Below, one piece after another: positions 9,812 through 19,202 of a DNA stretch of 64,000 bases. Made by a program: the position numbers and the translations under genes. Position 1 is the first letter of the stretch. Each line of letters opens with the position of its first letter. The stretch is from Dehalococcoidia bacterium (GTDB lineage Bacteria > Chloroflexota > Dehalococcoidia > Lucifugimonadales > CAUZJF01): NCBI GenBank assembly GCA_963665215.2, contig CAXXWW010000003.1:94526-158525 (forward strand), read 5' to 3'. The notes beneath the pieces were generated by a model, which worked only from the letters and a program-made list of their open reading frames with translations, was not told the origin of the DNA and made no database searches.

Positions 9812-10180
9812 ATGGGGGAGTCCAGAGGGGGCAAACCGCCTCTGGCAGGGGCTGGGCCTGTCCTGAGTAGCCCTTCCATGGTGGAATGGCGTATCGAAGG
9901 GAGCCCGTCGAAGGGGTGTCCCCAGATTTGTTTTAGTCCCCCTCCCCCTTGCCAAGGAGCCTCTCTCAGAACTGGCCTCGGGAGGCAATCGGTTCCTTCC
10001 TCTCCCTTGAAGGGAGAGGATTCAGGTGAGGGTGATCCGACTAGCGGCCGCAATCGTCTACACCGTGAATCCATATGCCGACTTTCGTCGGTACCCCCTC
10101 ATCCTAGCCTTCTCCCGCCAGGGGAGAAGGGACTTTTAGGACACCCTCCAAGAGAGAGGGGGATCAAGGGGGTGAGGGTC
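9812..10180. repeat. Cluster of GC-rich hairpin repeats (copy c of the REP/MITE-like family plus CCTCTCCC..GGGAGAGG-type hairpins)
   Basis: Contains the core GGGGAGTCCAGAGGGGG...CCTGTCCTGAGTAGCCCTTCCATGGTGGAATGGCGTATCGAAGGGAGCC. Followed by several short perfect hairpins, including CCTCTCCCTTGAAGGGAGAGG and TCTCCCGCCAGGGGAGA. Confidence 0.65.
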
Positions 10181-10338
10181 TTGATATGGTCTCAAGGGAA
10201 GCATCGGGCGGCGGCCATCAGGGACGTGTAGGGCGGCGTCTTGTTTGCTGGGTATTCAACCAAATGGGCCGGGCCCCGCAAGAGGAGAAGCCCGGCCCTG
10301 ACCGCGACCGAATCAAGCGCGCTTCCGCCGCAGGCGGA

Positions 10339-10726
10339 TCAGGACCCGCTGTCGAGGAACAGCGTGGGGGGTGGGCCGGGGGGCGGCTGGGTCAAGTCAA
10401 AGCCGTGGACTTCCTTGATCGTCTCCTTGAACCACACGTCGAACTCGTGTTTAGAGGGGCCCACATTGGCCATGAATTCGTCCCCGCCCGGCCCCTGATG
10501 CAGGGCTACCACCATTGTGCCCGCCGGAGTTTCGGCCAGCCAGGCCGCATGTCGCGTCAGACCATGTGCCCGCCGGAGTTTCGGCCAGCCAGGCCGCATG
10601 TCGCGTCAGACCATAGCGCCGGTTGAAGTCTTGCAGCTCCTTTTTGCGGGGTCCACTCATCTCTTTAATCCACTCCTTCCACGTTTCGAGCTTGCCTTTC
10701 AGGATCGGTGCTACTATAACTCCCAT
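10339..10726 (-). pseudogene. Small hypothetical protein gene frameshifted by a 49-bp tandem duplication
   Basis: ATG at 10726 behind AAGGAGG encodes MGVIVAPILKGKLETWKEWIKEMSGPRKKELQDFNRRYGLTRHAAWLAETPAGT. The same GLTRHAAWLAETPAGT peptide restarts the downstream ORF (...MVVALHQGPGGDEFMANVGPSKHEFDVWFKETIKEVHGFDL...). Deleting one 49-bp unit restores a single ORF of about 113 aa. Confidence 0.7.
10517..10614. repeat. Perfect 49-bp direct tandem duplication (2 units)
   Basis: GTGCCCGCCGGAGTTTCGGCCAGCCAGGCCGCATGTCGCGTCAGACCAT occurs at 10517-10565 and again at 10566-10614. ACCAT also precedes unit 1 (microhomology). Confidence 0.9.
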
Positions 10727-10956
10727 CTTGACCTCCTTACCCTTCATTGTGACGCGCTACGCCTGTCGTCCCAAGTGCCCGCACATCAAGAGCTGCAGGG
10801 AGCATTCTCAACAAGTGGGCCTCAAGTCGAGCCCAAGTCAAGCGATGGCGCCTTGGCGTGTCAACCCGATTTGACATATTCACCGTTCCTCGGCGTAACA
10901 TGGCCATGTTAGATGTCCCCCGCGGCGAGCGCCAAATACATTAATAGGGAGCGTCC

Positions 10957-11922
10957 ATGAAAGCGGTCCAGATATCCCGTACCGGAGGCCCGGAAGTCCT
11001 GGTTGTCACGGATGTATCAGACCCGAGACCGGGCAAAGACCAGGCCCTTATCGAGATCGAGGCCATTGGAGTCAACTTCATAGACATCTACATTCGGTCT
11101 GGCCGGTACCCCCGTGACCTGCCTCTGGTCCCGGGGGCTGAAGCGGCAGGTACGGTTGTCGAAGTCGGCGAGGACGTGCGCGACGTGTCGCCCGGCGACC
11201 CGGTCGCCACCGCGGGGGTTATGGGTTCGTACGCCGAGAAGATGGTGGCCCCTTCATGGCAACTCGTGAAGCTTCCCCAGGGAGTCGATGCCGAGACAGG
11301 GGCCGCCGTGATCGAGCAGGGACTCACCGCCCACTACCTGTGTCACTCCACCTATCCCCTCAGCTCGCACGACACCGCGTTGGTCCATGCGGGAGCCGGC
11401 GGGGTCGGACTGCTTCTAATCCAGATGGCAAAGCGTTTGGGCGCAACCGTCATCACCACAGTCTCGACCGAGGCCAAGGCCGAGCGTGCACGTGATGCGG
11501 GCGCCGACCACGTGATCAATTACGCTGTTCAGGACTTCGAGGACGAAGTGCTCAAAATTACGGAGGGCAGGGGGCTGCCCGTCGTGTACGATTCCGTTGG
11601 CGCTTCGACATTTGACAAAAGCCTCGCATGTCTGGCGCCCCGGGGTTACATGGTCCTCTACGGTCAGTCCAGCGGTCCAGTGCCAAAGGTGTCCGTCCCG
11701 GTAATCAATAGCAAGTCGCTATTCTTTACGCGCCCGTCCCTGACAGACCACACGGCGTCGCGGGAGGAGTTGCTGCGGAGATCAGACGATGTATTTGGTT
11801 GGGTGAGGTCCGGCGAGCTGAAAGTGCACATCCATGGCCGGTACCCACTAAGAGACTCCGCCGAGGCGCACCGCGCCCTGGAAGGACGGGCGACGACGGG
11901 CAAATTGCTGTTGATTCCATGA
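10957..11922 (+). CDS. qor: NADPH:quinone oxidoreductase (zeta-crystallin-type MDR)
   Basis: 321-aa ORF. Motifs GVNFIDIYIRSGRYP, PGAEAAGTV, HAGAGGVGLLLIQ and a C-terminal HRALEGRATTGKLLLIP are typical of the Qor family. Confidence 0.8.
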   Translation: MKAVQISRTGGPEVLVVTDVSDPRPGKDQALIEIEAIGVNFIDIYIRSGRYPRDLPLVPGAEAAGTVVEVGEDVRDVSPGDPVATAGVMGSYAEKMVAPSWQLVKLPQGVDAETGAAVIEQGLTAHYLCHSTYPLSSHDTALVHAGAGGVGLLLIQMAKRLGATVITTVSTEAKAERARDAGADHVINYAVQDFEDEVLKITEGRGLPVVYDSVGASTFDKSLACLAPRGYMVLYGQSSGPVPKVSVPVINSKSLFFTRPSLTDHTASREELLRRSDDVFGWVRSGELKVHIHGRYPLRDSAEAHRALEGRATTGKLLLIP

Positions 11923-12135
11923 CTCGAATCCCGTATCCGTATCGTCTGCGTACCAAGCTCGTGCATCTTTGTCCGCGGCATCCCTCGGGCAATATGTCGA
12001 TTGACAACATTAGCAGCGGGTTATAGAGTTCGTGCCATCCCAGAATGTAGTGTTTACGAAGGCGCCGGGTTCCATCTGGCTGGGTCAAGGCATTCGTGCT
12101 GGACCCTCAGCTCACAAGCAACGGGAGGTTTTCGG

Positions 12136-14670
12136 GTGTCAGACTACCAGCCGATCGACATATCAAGATGGTGCAACGCGGGCGTTGCGGCTCTCGGCCC
12201 GGAGGAGGAGCCAACAACCGATAAAGCCTCCGGAGAGCGGATAGAGGCGAGGGTGCACACCGGACGTCAGACGTTTCGGGGGCTCCCATTTCTGGTGGGG
12301 GCGCCGGATGGCGAACCCGGTGGCGACTGCTTCATAGTCCTGGGCGGCTCCGACGCATCCGTCACGGTCCGGATCGGCGCGAAGGCCAGCCGCGTCATTG
12401 TGGCCCATACGTTGCTGGAGACCACGTTTCCGGAAGACGGCCGCTCTGGCAAGAAGGTCGCCGATTACGTCTTCCACATGGCGGGGGGTGGCGAGGAGCG
12501 TGTCCCGGTACGGGAGAGCTTCGAAATCGGCCCCCTCCCCTATGGACGGGGGCAGTTCCTCGCCGTTGCCGATACTAAATCGGACCTGCTTCCGCGATAT
12601 GAGGGGGAGTTTGGCAGGGCAGGCTGGCGTCAAGTGGAATCGCGGGGCGGTATTTCTCGCTTGTACTACCTGTGGGCATGGAGGAACCCCGACCCGGAGC
12701 ATGCTATCGAGTCTCTGGAGATCGTGCCGGCTGGGCCACGCTTCGTGGTCGCGGGAATTACGCTGGGCCACCTGGACGAGCACCCCTTCGCCAGGGAGGG
12801 AAGCCGGCCAGCACGCATCATCCTGACCGACCCTGAAGACGCTCGGACGCCTGGTGCCCTGGAGGTGGCGGTCGACCGCGGCGACACGACGTACGTCTAT
12901 CCGCTGCCCCAGGCTTCGACCGATGAGTTCATTGGCGACCCGTACAAGGGTTGGGGGCAGAGGCAGAACGAGCGGTCCAGCCCCACCTACGTGGAGATCT
13001 CCGCAATCCCGTCCGCGACGGTCGCAGTCAAGCAGGGCGGCAAGGACGTAGGGAAGGTGAACTGGGGCGAGGTGCAGGACCAGGGCGCCGTCGAGACGCC
13101 CCGGATGCGCTTCGAGTTGATCGACCCCGGCAAGAATTGGGTCAGCGTAACGGTGCTGGACGAAGATACAGGCAGGCCGGTGCCGTGCCGAGTGCACTTC
13201 CGTTCTCCCGATGGTGTCCCTTACCAGCCCCACGGCCATCACAACCACGTAAACTCCAACCTGGCCACCTTTAACTTCAACATTGGCGGCGACGTCCGGC
13301 TCGGCCAGATAACCTACGCCTACATAGATGGGACCTGCCAGGGCTGGCTGCCTCGCGGCGAGGTGGTGGTGGACATCGCTCGTGGGTTCGAGTACGAACC
13401 GCTGCGCACCAGGGTCAACATCGAGCCGGGCCAACGCGAGCTTACGTTGCGGATCAAACGCTGGATCAACATGAACGCCGACGGTTGGTACAGCGGCGAC
13501 TCCCACGTGCACTTCCTCTCGGCGCAGGGCGCCCTGACCGAGTCGCGGAGCGAAGATCTGAACGTGGTCAATCTGCTTCAGTCTCAATGGGGCAGCCTGT
13601 TCACGAGCGCGCAGGAGTTCACGGGCGCTCCCGGCATCTCTCAGTTCGGTGACAACATCGTCTACGTCTCTCAGGAGAACCGGCAGCACTTCTTGGGCCA
13701 CATGATACTTTGGGGGCTGAAGAAGCAGGTGATGCCATGGTGCTCCGACGGCGCCGGTGAAGCCGAGATAGGCGGGACGTTGGAGACGACCCTCAGCGAG
13801 TGGGCAGACAGGTGTCACGCCCAGGGCGGCACCGTCATAGCCCCGCATTTCTGGGGCTTGAACAGGGAGGCGGTGCCGCTGGTGGCTACCGGCCGGCTGG
13901 ACGGCATCGAGCTGTGCGGGCACCAGAAAAAGTTTCCCCACGACGAGTACTATCGTGTGCTGAACTGCGGTTACAAGATGCCCGTGGTAGGCGGCACCGA
14001 CAAGATGAGCAGCGACGTGGTGGTGGGCTACAACAGGACCTACGTTCACCTCCGCGACGGCGAGGAGTTCAGTTACGACAATTGGTGCCGAAACGTGACT
14101 AGGGGCCGCACCTTCCTCAGCTCGGGCCCCATCATCAATCTGACAGTGGACGGCCACGACGTGGGCGATACCGTTCGCATATCTGGACCGGGGACCGTCG
14201 AGGTTGAGGCTTGGGCGGAGAGCGTGCTCCCCATTCACAGGCTAGACATCGTCCAGGCCGGCCGTGTAGTAGCGTCCGCCGAGTCGCAAGGCCCGACCCG
14301 GAGGCTGGAGATCAGGGAGAAGCTGAGGGTGGATGGACACACTTGGATCGCGGCGAGGTGCGGCAGCCCGGACTACTTTGGCGATCCGGACTACGACGAT
14401 ATGAAGCGCGGCATCTATGCCCATACCTCGCCGGTCTACATCGCGTGTGGCGGGGAGTGGTGGATGTTCGACCGGGGCACCACCGAGCATATGCTCACCG
14501 TGATTGAAGGCGACATAGCCTATATCCGCGAGACGTCGGGCCAGCACCCGCGCGGGCGGGTCACCCACCACCATGGCGAGGACGACCACATCGCCCACCT
14601 GGAGCGGCCGTTCCACGAGGCGCGCGAGGCCATAGAAGCGCGAATGCGTGAGCTGGGGATAGCTCCCTAA
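12136..14670 (+). CDS. Large protein with a PHP-like (CehA/McbA-type) metallohydrolase domain in the C-terminal half
   Basis: GTG at 12136 behind GGGAGG. The WYSGDSHVHF motif and downstream His/Asp pattern resemble PHP-type hydrolases. The N-terminal 460 aa or so are unrecognised. Confidence 0.65.
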   Translation: MSDYQPIDISRWCNAGVAALGPEEEPTTDKASGERIEARVHTGRQTFRGLPFLVGAPDGEPGGDCFIVLGGSDASVTVRIGAKASRVIVAHTLLETTFPEDGRSGKKVADYVFHMAGGGEERVPVRESFEIGPLPYGRGQFLAVADTKSDLLPRYEGEFGRAGWRQVESRGGISRLYYLWAWRNPDPEHAIESLEIVPAGPRFVVAGITLGHLDEHPFAREGSRPARIILTDPEDARTPGALEVAVDRGDTTYVYPLPQASTDEFIGDPYKGWGQRQNERSSPTYVEISAIPSATVAVKQGGKDVGKVNWGEVQDQGAVETPRMRFELIDPGKNWVSVTVLDEDTGRPVPCRVHFRSPDGVPYQPHGHHNHVNSNLATFNFNIGGDVRLGQITYAYIDGTCQGWLPRGEVVVDIARGFEYEPLRTRVNIEPGQRELTLRIKRWINMNADGWYSGDSHVHFLSAQGALTESRSEDLNVVNLLQSQWGSLFTSAQEFTGAPGISQFGDNIVYVSQENRQHFLGHMILWGLKKQVMPWCSDGAGEAEIGGTLETTLSEWADRCHAQGGTVIAPHFWGLNREAVPLVATGRLDGIELCGHQKKFPHDEYYRVLNCGYKMPVVGGTDKMSSDVVVGYNRTYVHLRDGEEFSYDNWCRNVTRGRTFLSSGPIINLTVDGHDVGDTVRISGPGTVEVEAWAESVLPIHRLDIVQAGRVVASAESQGPTRRLEIREKLRVDGHTWIAARCGSPDYFGDPDYDDMKRGIYAHTSPVYIACGGEWWMFDRGTTEHMLTVIEGDIAYIRETSGQHPRGRVTHHHGEDDHIAHLERPFHEAREAIEARMRELGIAP

Positions 14671-14737
14671 AGGACCAGCTCACCGCTGAGATAACAGTGC
14701 TGGGAGCTCTATTAGATGTTATATGGAGGAGCCATGC

Positions 14738-15688
14738 TTACTTCCATTTAAGTACCATGTGCATGAAATCATAATCGCCCTTCACCAGTGAATTGTAGAT
14801 GCTCTCGATCTCGGTATAGGGCCTGATCTCAGTGGGGAAAGGGTCCACATCTATCCTTCCGGATATTATGCCCTCCACGGATTCTTCGAAATTCTCTATC
14901 CCCCCTATGGCCCTCGACGCCTCCACGGACAATTCCCTCCCGAATAGAGCCCTGTAGGAAAAATGCACGATTCCCCGGTCCCCGCCGCCCATCATGAATA
15001 CTCGGCCGTGCTCCCTCGTGGCCCGCAGCGCCTCCTCCATTGCAGCCGGAGCTCCGCCCGCCACTTCGTAGGACACGTCGGCGTACCCGCCTGCCGCGGA
15101 GAGCAGCTTCTCTGAAGGGGATTCCTTGGCGGCGTTGACCGTCAGGTCCGCGCCAAGCTCCCCGGCGACCGCCAGTTTCCCGTCGTTCAAGTCGCATACC
15201 ATTACGAATCCCGCACCCGCGGATTTCGCGTGCTGGAGGAGCAGGCACCCGAGCACTCCCGCCCCGAAGATCGCGACCGTTCCCCGGTATGGGATCCGGC
15301 CTCGCTTTATCCCGTGAGTCGCCGTGGCCCCGAGCACGGAGAGAGTGGCTTTTTCAGGCTTGACATGCTCCGGGACCCTGTACGCCCCGGCTTCCCGTAC
15401 GCGCACGTACTCGGCATGCACTCCCATTGTCACGACGCGCTCCCCCGACTTGAAACGGGTAACCTTTGAGCCGCATTCCTCGATAATGCCCACGGCCACA
15501 TACCCCGGCTCGATGGGGTACTTGGACGGGTCCTTTTCCCAGGTCCCGTCGTAGAATATCTTCTCAGTCCCAAGGCTGACCCCGCTGTATTCCGTGCGCA
15601 CGAGCATCTGGTCGTCCTCGATCGGCTCAGGGACCGGCCTGTCGACGATCTTCACCTGCATGGGCTTGGGTATTATTATCTGGTCCAT
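14738..15688 (-). CDS. Zinc-type medium-chain alcohol/polyol dehydrogenase
   Basis: 316-aa ORF. Motifs SGVSLGTE, PGYVAVG and the Rossmann segment AIFGAGVLGCLLLQ match the MDR family. Confidence 0.8.
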   Translation of the reverse strand: MDQIIIPKPMQVKIVDRPVPEPIEDDQMLVRTEYSGVSLGTEKIFYDGTWEKDPSKYPIEPGYVAVGIIEECGSKVTRFKSGERVVTMGVHAEYVRVREAGAYRVPEHVKPEKATLSVLGATATHGIKRGRIPYRGTVAIFGAGVLGCLLLQHAKSAGAGFVMVCDLNDGKLAVAGELGADLTVNAAKESPSEKLLSAAGGYADVSYEVAGGAPAAMEEALRATREHGRVFMMGGGDRGIVHFSYRALFGRELSVEASRAIGGIENFEESVEGIISGRIDVDPFPTEIRPYTEIESIYNSLVKGDYDFMHMVLKWK

Positions 15689-15707
15689 GATGCTTTTCCT
15701 CGGTTAT

Positions 15708-16670
15708 CTACTTTCCGTCCTTCACAAAATCGTCGTAAAGGCCGAGCACGTTCGACATGTCCCCTTCCACTCTCGTGAGCATCATCCTGAACCGCGCCCG
15801 GCGTTTCGTGCCCGGTTTGAAGTCCTCCCCGAAAAGGTAGAAGTAGGTGGGCGAATAGTCCGCTTTCAGGTTCGAGTCGGAATACGCCGTTCCGTCCCTC
15901 TTGAATCCCAGATGGATCTGGTTGTTGTCCGAGGAATAGAGTGAGCCCACCCGCGTGCACGTGTCGTACTCCGCCATCTGCACCAGCGCCATTCCCGTAG
16001 TCGGATTGCGCGACACCAGGATCGGCAGGCGAAAGTAAGGCCCCGTGATGTTTATCTGGTACTTGTCACCTGGCCACCTGCCGTCGTAAGTCAGCATGGC
16101 GGTCCTGTTATCCCTCGGGGCGCTGTGGTACCACCCCGCGAGGAAGGGCGTGTCCTCGGGCTGGATGAACGTCCCGTTGTCCTCGTTGGCCGGCTGAAGG
16201 CAGAGATAATAATACGGCGAACCCCATTTGCGGTTCACGGTGTAGGATGAAAGGCATATCTCCAGGTCGTTGAGCTCCGTCCGGCTGGTAATCTCGATAT
16301 CGACGTCGAGGGTCTCAACTCCGGTGAAACGGAGCCGGACCTCGGTCTCTGTCTTGCAGGGGCCGAAGTGCCCCAGCGTCAGCACGAGCGAGCCGCCGTC
16401 CTCCCTTACCTTTCCAGGCATATTGCGGCCGAGAATACCGAAGGGAAGGTTCTTTGCCAGGTAATGATAGAAGCTCATAAGGTACAGGCGCTGTCCGGGC
16501 GGGATGTCATAGCTGGGATACCCGGAATCGAAGTCCCCGACCCACTCGGTCCCCTCGTCCTTGTGGACCAGGCTCTGGATACCGCTGTACGCCCCCCCGG
16601 GCTGGAAAACGCCCTTTAGCTTCTCTGTCTCAAATTCATAGGTCTCGTTCTTTTTGTTATAGGTGAACAT
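15708..16670 (-). CDS. Hypothetical protein (320 aa)
   Basis: ATG at 16670 behind GGAGGA (MFTYNKKNETYEFETEKLKG...). Tightly packed between two dehydrogenase genes on the same strand. No domain recognised. Confidence 0.65.
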   Translation of the reverse strand: MFTYNKKNETYEFETEKLKGVFQPGGAYSGIQSLVHKDEGTEWVGDFDSGYPSYDIPPGQRLYLMSFYHYLAKNLPFGILGRNMPGKVREDGGSLVLTLGHFGPCKTETEVRLRFTGVETLDVDIEITSRTELNDLEICLSSYTVNRKWGSPYYYLCLQPANEDNGTFIQPEDTPFLAGWYHSAPRDNRTAMLTYDGRWPGDKYQINITGPYFRLPILVSRNPTTGMALVQMAEYDTCTRVGSLYSSDNNQIHLGFKRDGTAYSDSNLKADYSPTYFYLFGEDFKPGTKRRARFRMMLTRVEGDMSNVLGLYDDFVKDGK

Positions 16671-16686
16671 GTGGTCCTCCGGATGA

Positions 16687-17715
16687 TCATTCCGCCAGGG
16701 GCAGGGATACGGGCATGCCGCTCTGCTCAGCCGACCGGTCCAGTGCAAATACGACCTCATGCGAATGCGCCGTGTTTTCCACGGAGGCGTGCGATTCCCT
16801 GTCCTCGAGAATGCACTCGACAAAATGGTCGATCTCATTCTGGAACGGGTGATCCGACACGTCGCCGCTGTCCGGGAGAATGCTCGGTACCGTGGCCCAG
16901 TCCTTCTGGCCTGCCAGTTTATCGGACCATATCCTGTTGTCGCGAACGGCCCCCTTGCTCCCCATGAGCTCCATCGGAAAGGTGTACGGCATGTGTAGCT
17001 CCTGGCTGACGGTGATGTGCGCCAGCGTGCCGTCCTCGAAGCGCATCACGCCCGCGATGGTGGGATCGTATTCGAAATCGTCCCTGTGGCCGCGGGCGCT
17101 GAAGGCCGACACCTCTATTACCTTTTTCTTTAGCAGGAACAGCATGGCGTCCACGGCGTGGCACCCTCCGAGAAGGGTCACGCTCTTCCCCTGTTTCTTC
17201 GTCCGCGCCCAGCCGTACCCGCTGTACCAGTCCCCCATCTCATGCAGGTAGGCGAAACGGCTGTAGATGATCTTTCCGAACCAGTCCTCGCTTATCAGCC
17301 GGGCGATAATTTCCACCATGGGGTTCCAACGGAGGACAAAACTGGTCACGGTCCTGACGCCGGCCTTCTTCACCGCGTCCCTTATCCTCCTCAGCTCCTC
17401 GGGGGTCGTGGCCACCGGCTTCTCCATACATACGTGCTTTCCGGCCTCTGCTGCCCGGATGCCTGCGTCGGCTTGAAGGTCGGCGGGCATGCAGATGGAA
17501 ACGGCATCGAGGTCCTTTCTTCCGAGCATCTCATCCAGGTCCGTGTACACCTCCACTCCCTCCACCCCCGCTTGCGCCAGGCGCTCTTCGACCTGCTCCT
17601 TCCTCCTAGAGCCCATGGCCACGATCCGGGAGTGCGGATTATTGTTCCATGCGGCGAGGTGCTCCGTGCTGACCCAGCCCGCTCCCCATATTCCCGCCCC
17701 GATCTCTTTTTTCAT
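16687..17715 (-). CDS. Gfo/Idh/MocA-family oxidoreductase
   Basis: ATG at 17715 behind GGGAGGA. MKKEIGAGIWGAGWVSTEHL (Rossmann) followed by CMEKPVA. The longer track ORF adds an implausible Arg/Pro-rich extension. Confidence 0.85.
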   Translation of the reverse strand: MKKEIGAGIWGAGWVSTEHLAAWNNNPHSRIVAMGSRRKEQVEERLAQAGVEGVEVYTDLDEMLGRKDLDAVSICMPADLQADAGIRAAEAGKHVCMEKPVATTPEELRRIRDAVKKAGVRTVTSFVLRWNPMVEIIARLISEDWFGKIIYSRFAYLHEMGDWYSGYGWARTKKQGKSVTLLGGCHAVDAMLFLLKKKVIEVSAFSARGHRDDFEYDPTIAGVMRFEDGTLAHITVSQELHMPYTFPMELMGSKGAVRDNRIWSDKLAGQKDWATVPSILPDSGDVSDHPFQNEIDHFVECILEDRESHASVENTAHSHEVVFALDRSAEQSGMPVSLPLAE

Positions 17716-17881
17716 TGGATTCCTCCCGGTATCATTACAGCTGGACTTTTGCAAACTCAGGTTTATGCGAGAGCGGGGTGCGTCACAATCCGTTCCTGAT
17801 TCCATCCGGGCGCAGTGGCCTGTTCGATGGCCCAGGAGATGGTCTTGCTCAGCGTCTCGGAGAACCATTGGCCTAGATCGC

Positions 17882-18316
17882 TCAGGACGCGGTCCGGTTC
17901 TTCCGGTAGGAATCCTTGATGGCGATCTTGCCGCCCTTGAAGGTGATGAGGTCGCACCCATCTACCTCGATGGTGCCACCGTTAGGCGTGGTGCCAATGA
18001 ACGTCCACTCGATGACACCCCGGTCCCCGGATACGAAGTAGCGGAGCTTACGCCACTGGCCGTCGGGGCAAATCCCAAGAAAGGAGAGAAGACCTTGCCG
18101 GACTTTCTCGCTCCCTATGTATCGGGTGCCGCTGACGTCAGGTCCCGTTGAGCTGTAGAACTCGCAGTCGGCGGCGATGAATGACATCATTGCGTCGATG
18201 TCGTGAGCGTTCCCGGCCTCGGCGTACCCTTTTAAGACCTGCAATAGGTCCGTGTCTGCCTGGCCAGTCGCGCTGGTTGCCACTGCTTCACCTGCCTTGC
18301 CGCGACATGAGGACAT
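17882..18316 (-). CDS. SnoaL/NTF2-like fold protein
   Basis: 144-aa ORF. The pattern ...GNAHDIDAMMSFIAADCEFY...GVIEWTFIGTTPNGGTIEVDGCDLITFKGGKIAIKDSYRK is typical of SnoaL-like domains. Confidence 0.65.
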   Translation of the reverse strand: MSSCRGKAGEAVATSATGQADTDLLQVLKGYAEAGNAHDIDAMMSFIAADCEFYSSTGPDVSGTRYIGSEKVRQGLLSFLGICPDGQWRKLRYFVSGDRGVIEWTFIGTTPNGGTIEVDGCDLITFKGGKIAIKDSYRKNRTAS

Positions 18317-18419
18317 CTACGATACAGGTTAGACCGACCCAGGTCAAAGGAGCGAATTAGCCCCATATCCAACGGAGGTCGTGCTGAGCGGCCGAGGAAC
18401 AGCAGGCACAGTTCGCGAT

Positions 18420-18880
18420 TCCGCCGACGGCACTGGATCGATGGAGGTACAATTCAGGTCGAGCTGAACGGTCTCTTGGCGACGGTCAGGTACATTGGGG
18501 TCGATACGCCGGAGACCAATCACCCGACGCGCTTTGCACAAGAAGTGGCGCGGTCGTGTGAATTGCCCTTCGACAAGCTCAGGGCGAACGGTTGGTTTAT
18601 AGCTCCGTTCGTGGTGAGCCTGCCTGTCCTGAGCGAAGTCGAAGGGTCGAACCACGCCTCCGCATTCCACCTTTTGGTGCAAAGCCCACCCGACGAAAGG
18701 CATAGAACCGTACAGGGTCGAGGCGGCGGAGAGAGACCAGCAGCTTGTTGAGAGGAAGACTGAGTACTTGGAGAAGGATGTATCAGAGACCTACAGGCAT
18801 GGACGCTTGCTCAGGTACGAAACGACTCAGGGGTAGTCCGCCAGTTCGCGCATACCGGCCACGTGGTCGGTTGAGCAACG
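18420..18880 (+). pseudogene. Thermonuclease (staphylococcal-nuclease-like) remnant, interrupted by a palindromic repeat and frameshifted
   Basis: HWIDGGTIQVELNGLLATVRYIGVDTPETNHPT.. (18431-18540) matches the SNase DGDT...R(L/Y)IG(I/V)DTPE motif. After the repeat the sequence continues EPYRVEAAERDQQLVERKTEYLEKDVSETYRHGRLLRY. No intact start or C-terminus. Confidence 0.5.
18566..18646. repeat. MITE-like palindromic element inside the nuclease remnant
   Basis: Nested inverted repeats: CCCTTCGAC/GTCGAAGGG, CTCAGG/CCTGAG, CGAACGG/CCGTTCG. Shares the CCTGTCCTGAG core with the intergenic repeat family. Confidence 0.6.
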
Positions 18881-19202
18881 TAGGCTACTGGAAGAGCATG
18901 GTCAAGGGCGCGGTTTATGTGACGTTCATCGTGGTTGGCCTGGGACTCACCGCGTGTTCTGGTGAAGCCGCGCCAACACCTATCCCTCAGGTTGAGAAGC
19001 CGGCTGCGTCGATGGACATCAATGCGACAGGTGCCAAATTGTACGTCGCTCAGTGCCAATCGTGTCATGGCGACCGAGACGGCGCGGGGGCCACGGCCGG
19101 CGCACCAGTTCATAATGAGACGGGTCACACCTGGCACCACCCTGATGCTCAGCTCAAGGCCTGGATCAAGGATGGTAAGTTGGGCTTCGCCCAGATGCCA
19201 GC

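Noticed and set aside
4476-10180. Possibility that the recurring GC-rich repeats form a CRISPR array.
   Set aside because: The copies are kilobases apart, differ in length, are internally palindromic and have no regular repeat-spacer periodicity. No cas genes are present.
10871-10901. TTGACA ... TAACAT promoter-like hexamers upstream of the qor-like gene.
   Set aside because: The spacer is 19 nt and the -10 is poor. The host's promoter consensus is unknown, so the call is too weak.
12163-14238. 691-aa minus-strand ORF.
   Set aside because: Entirely antisense to the 844-aa PHP-like protein gene. It has Arg/Ala/Val/His-rich composition and no motifs. The plus-strand frame has the recognisable domain and an RBS.
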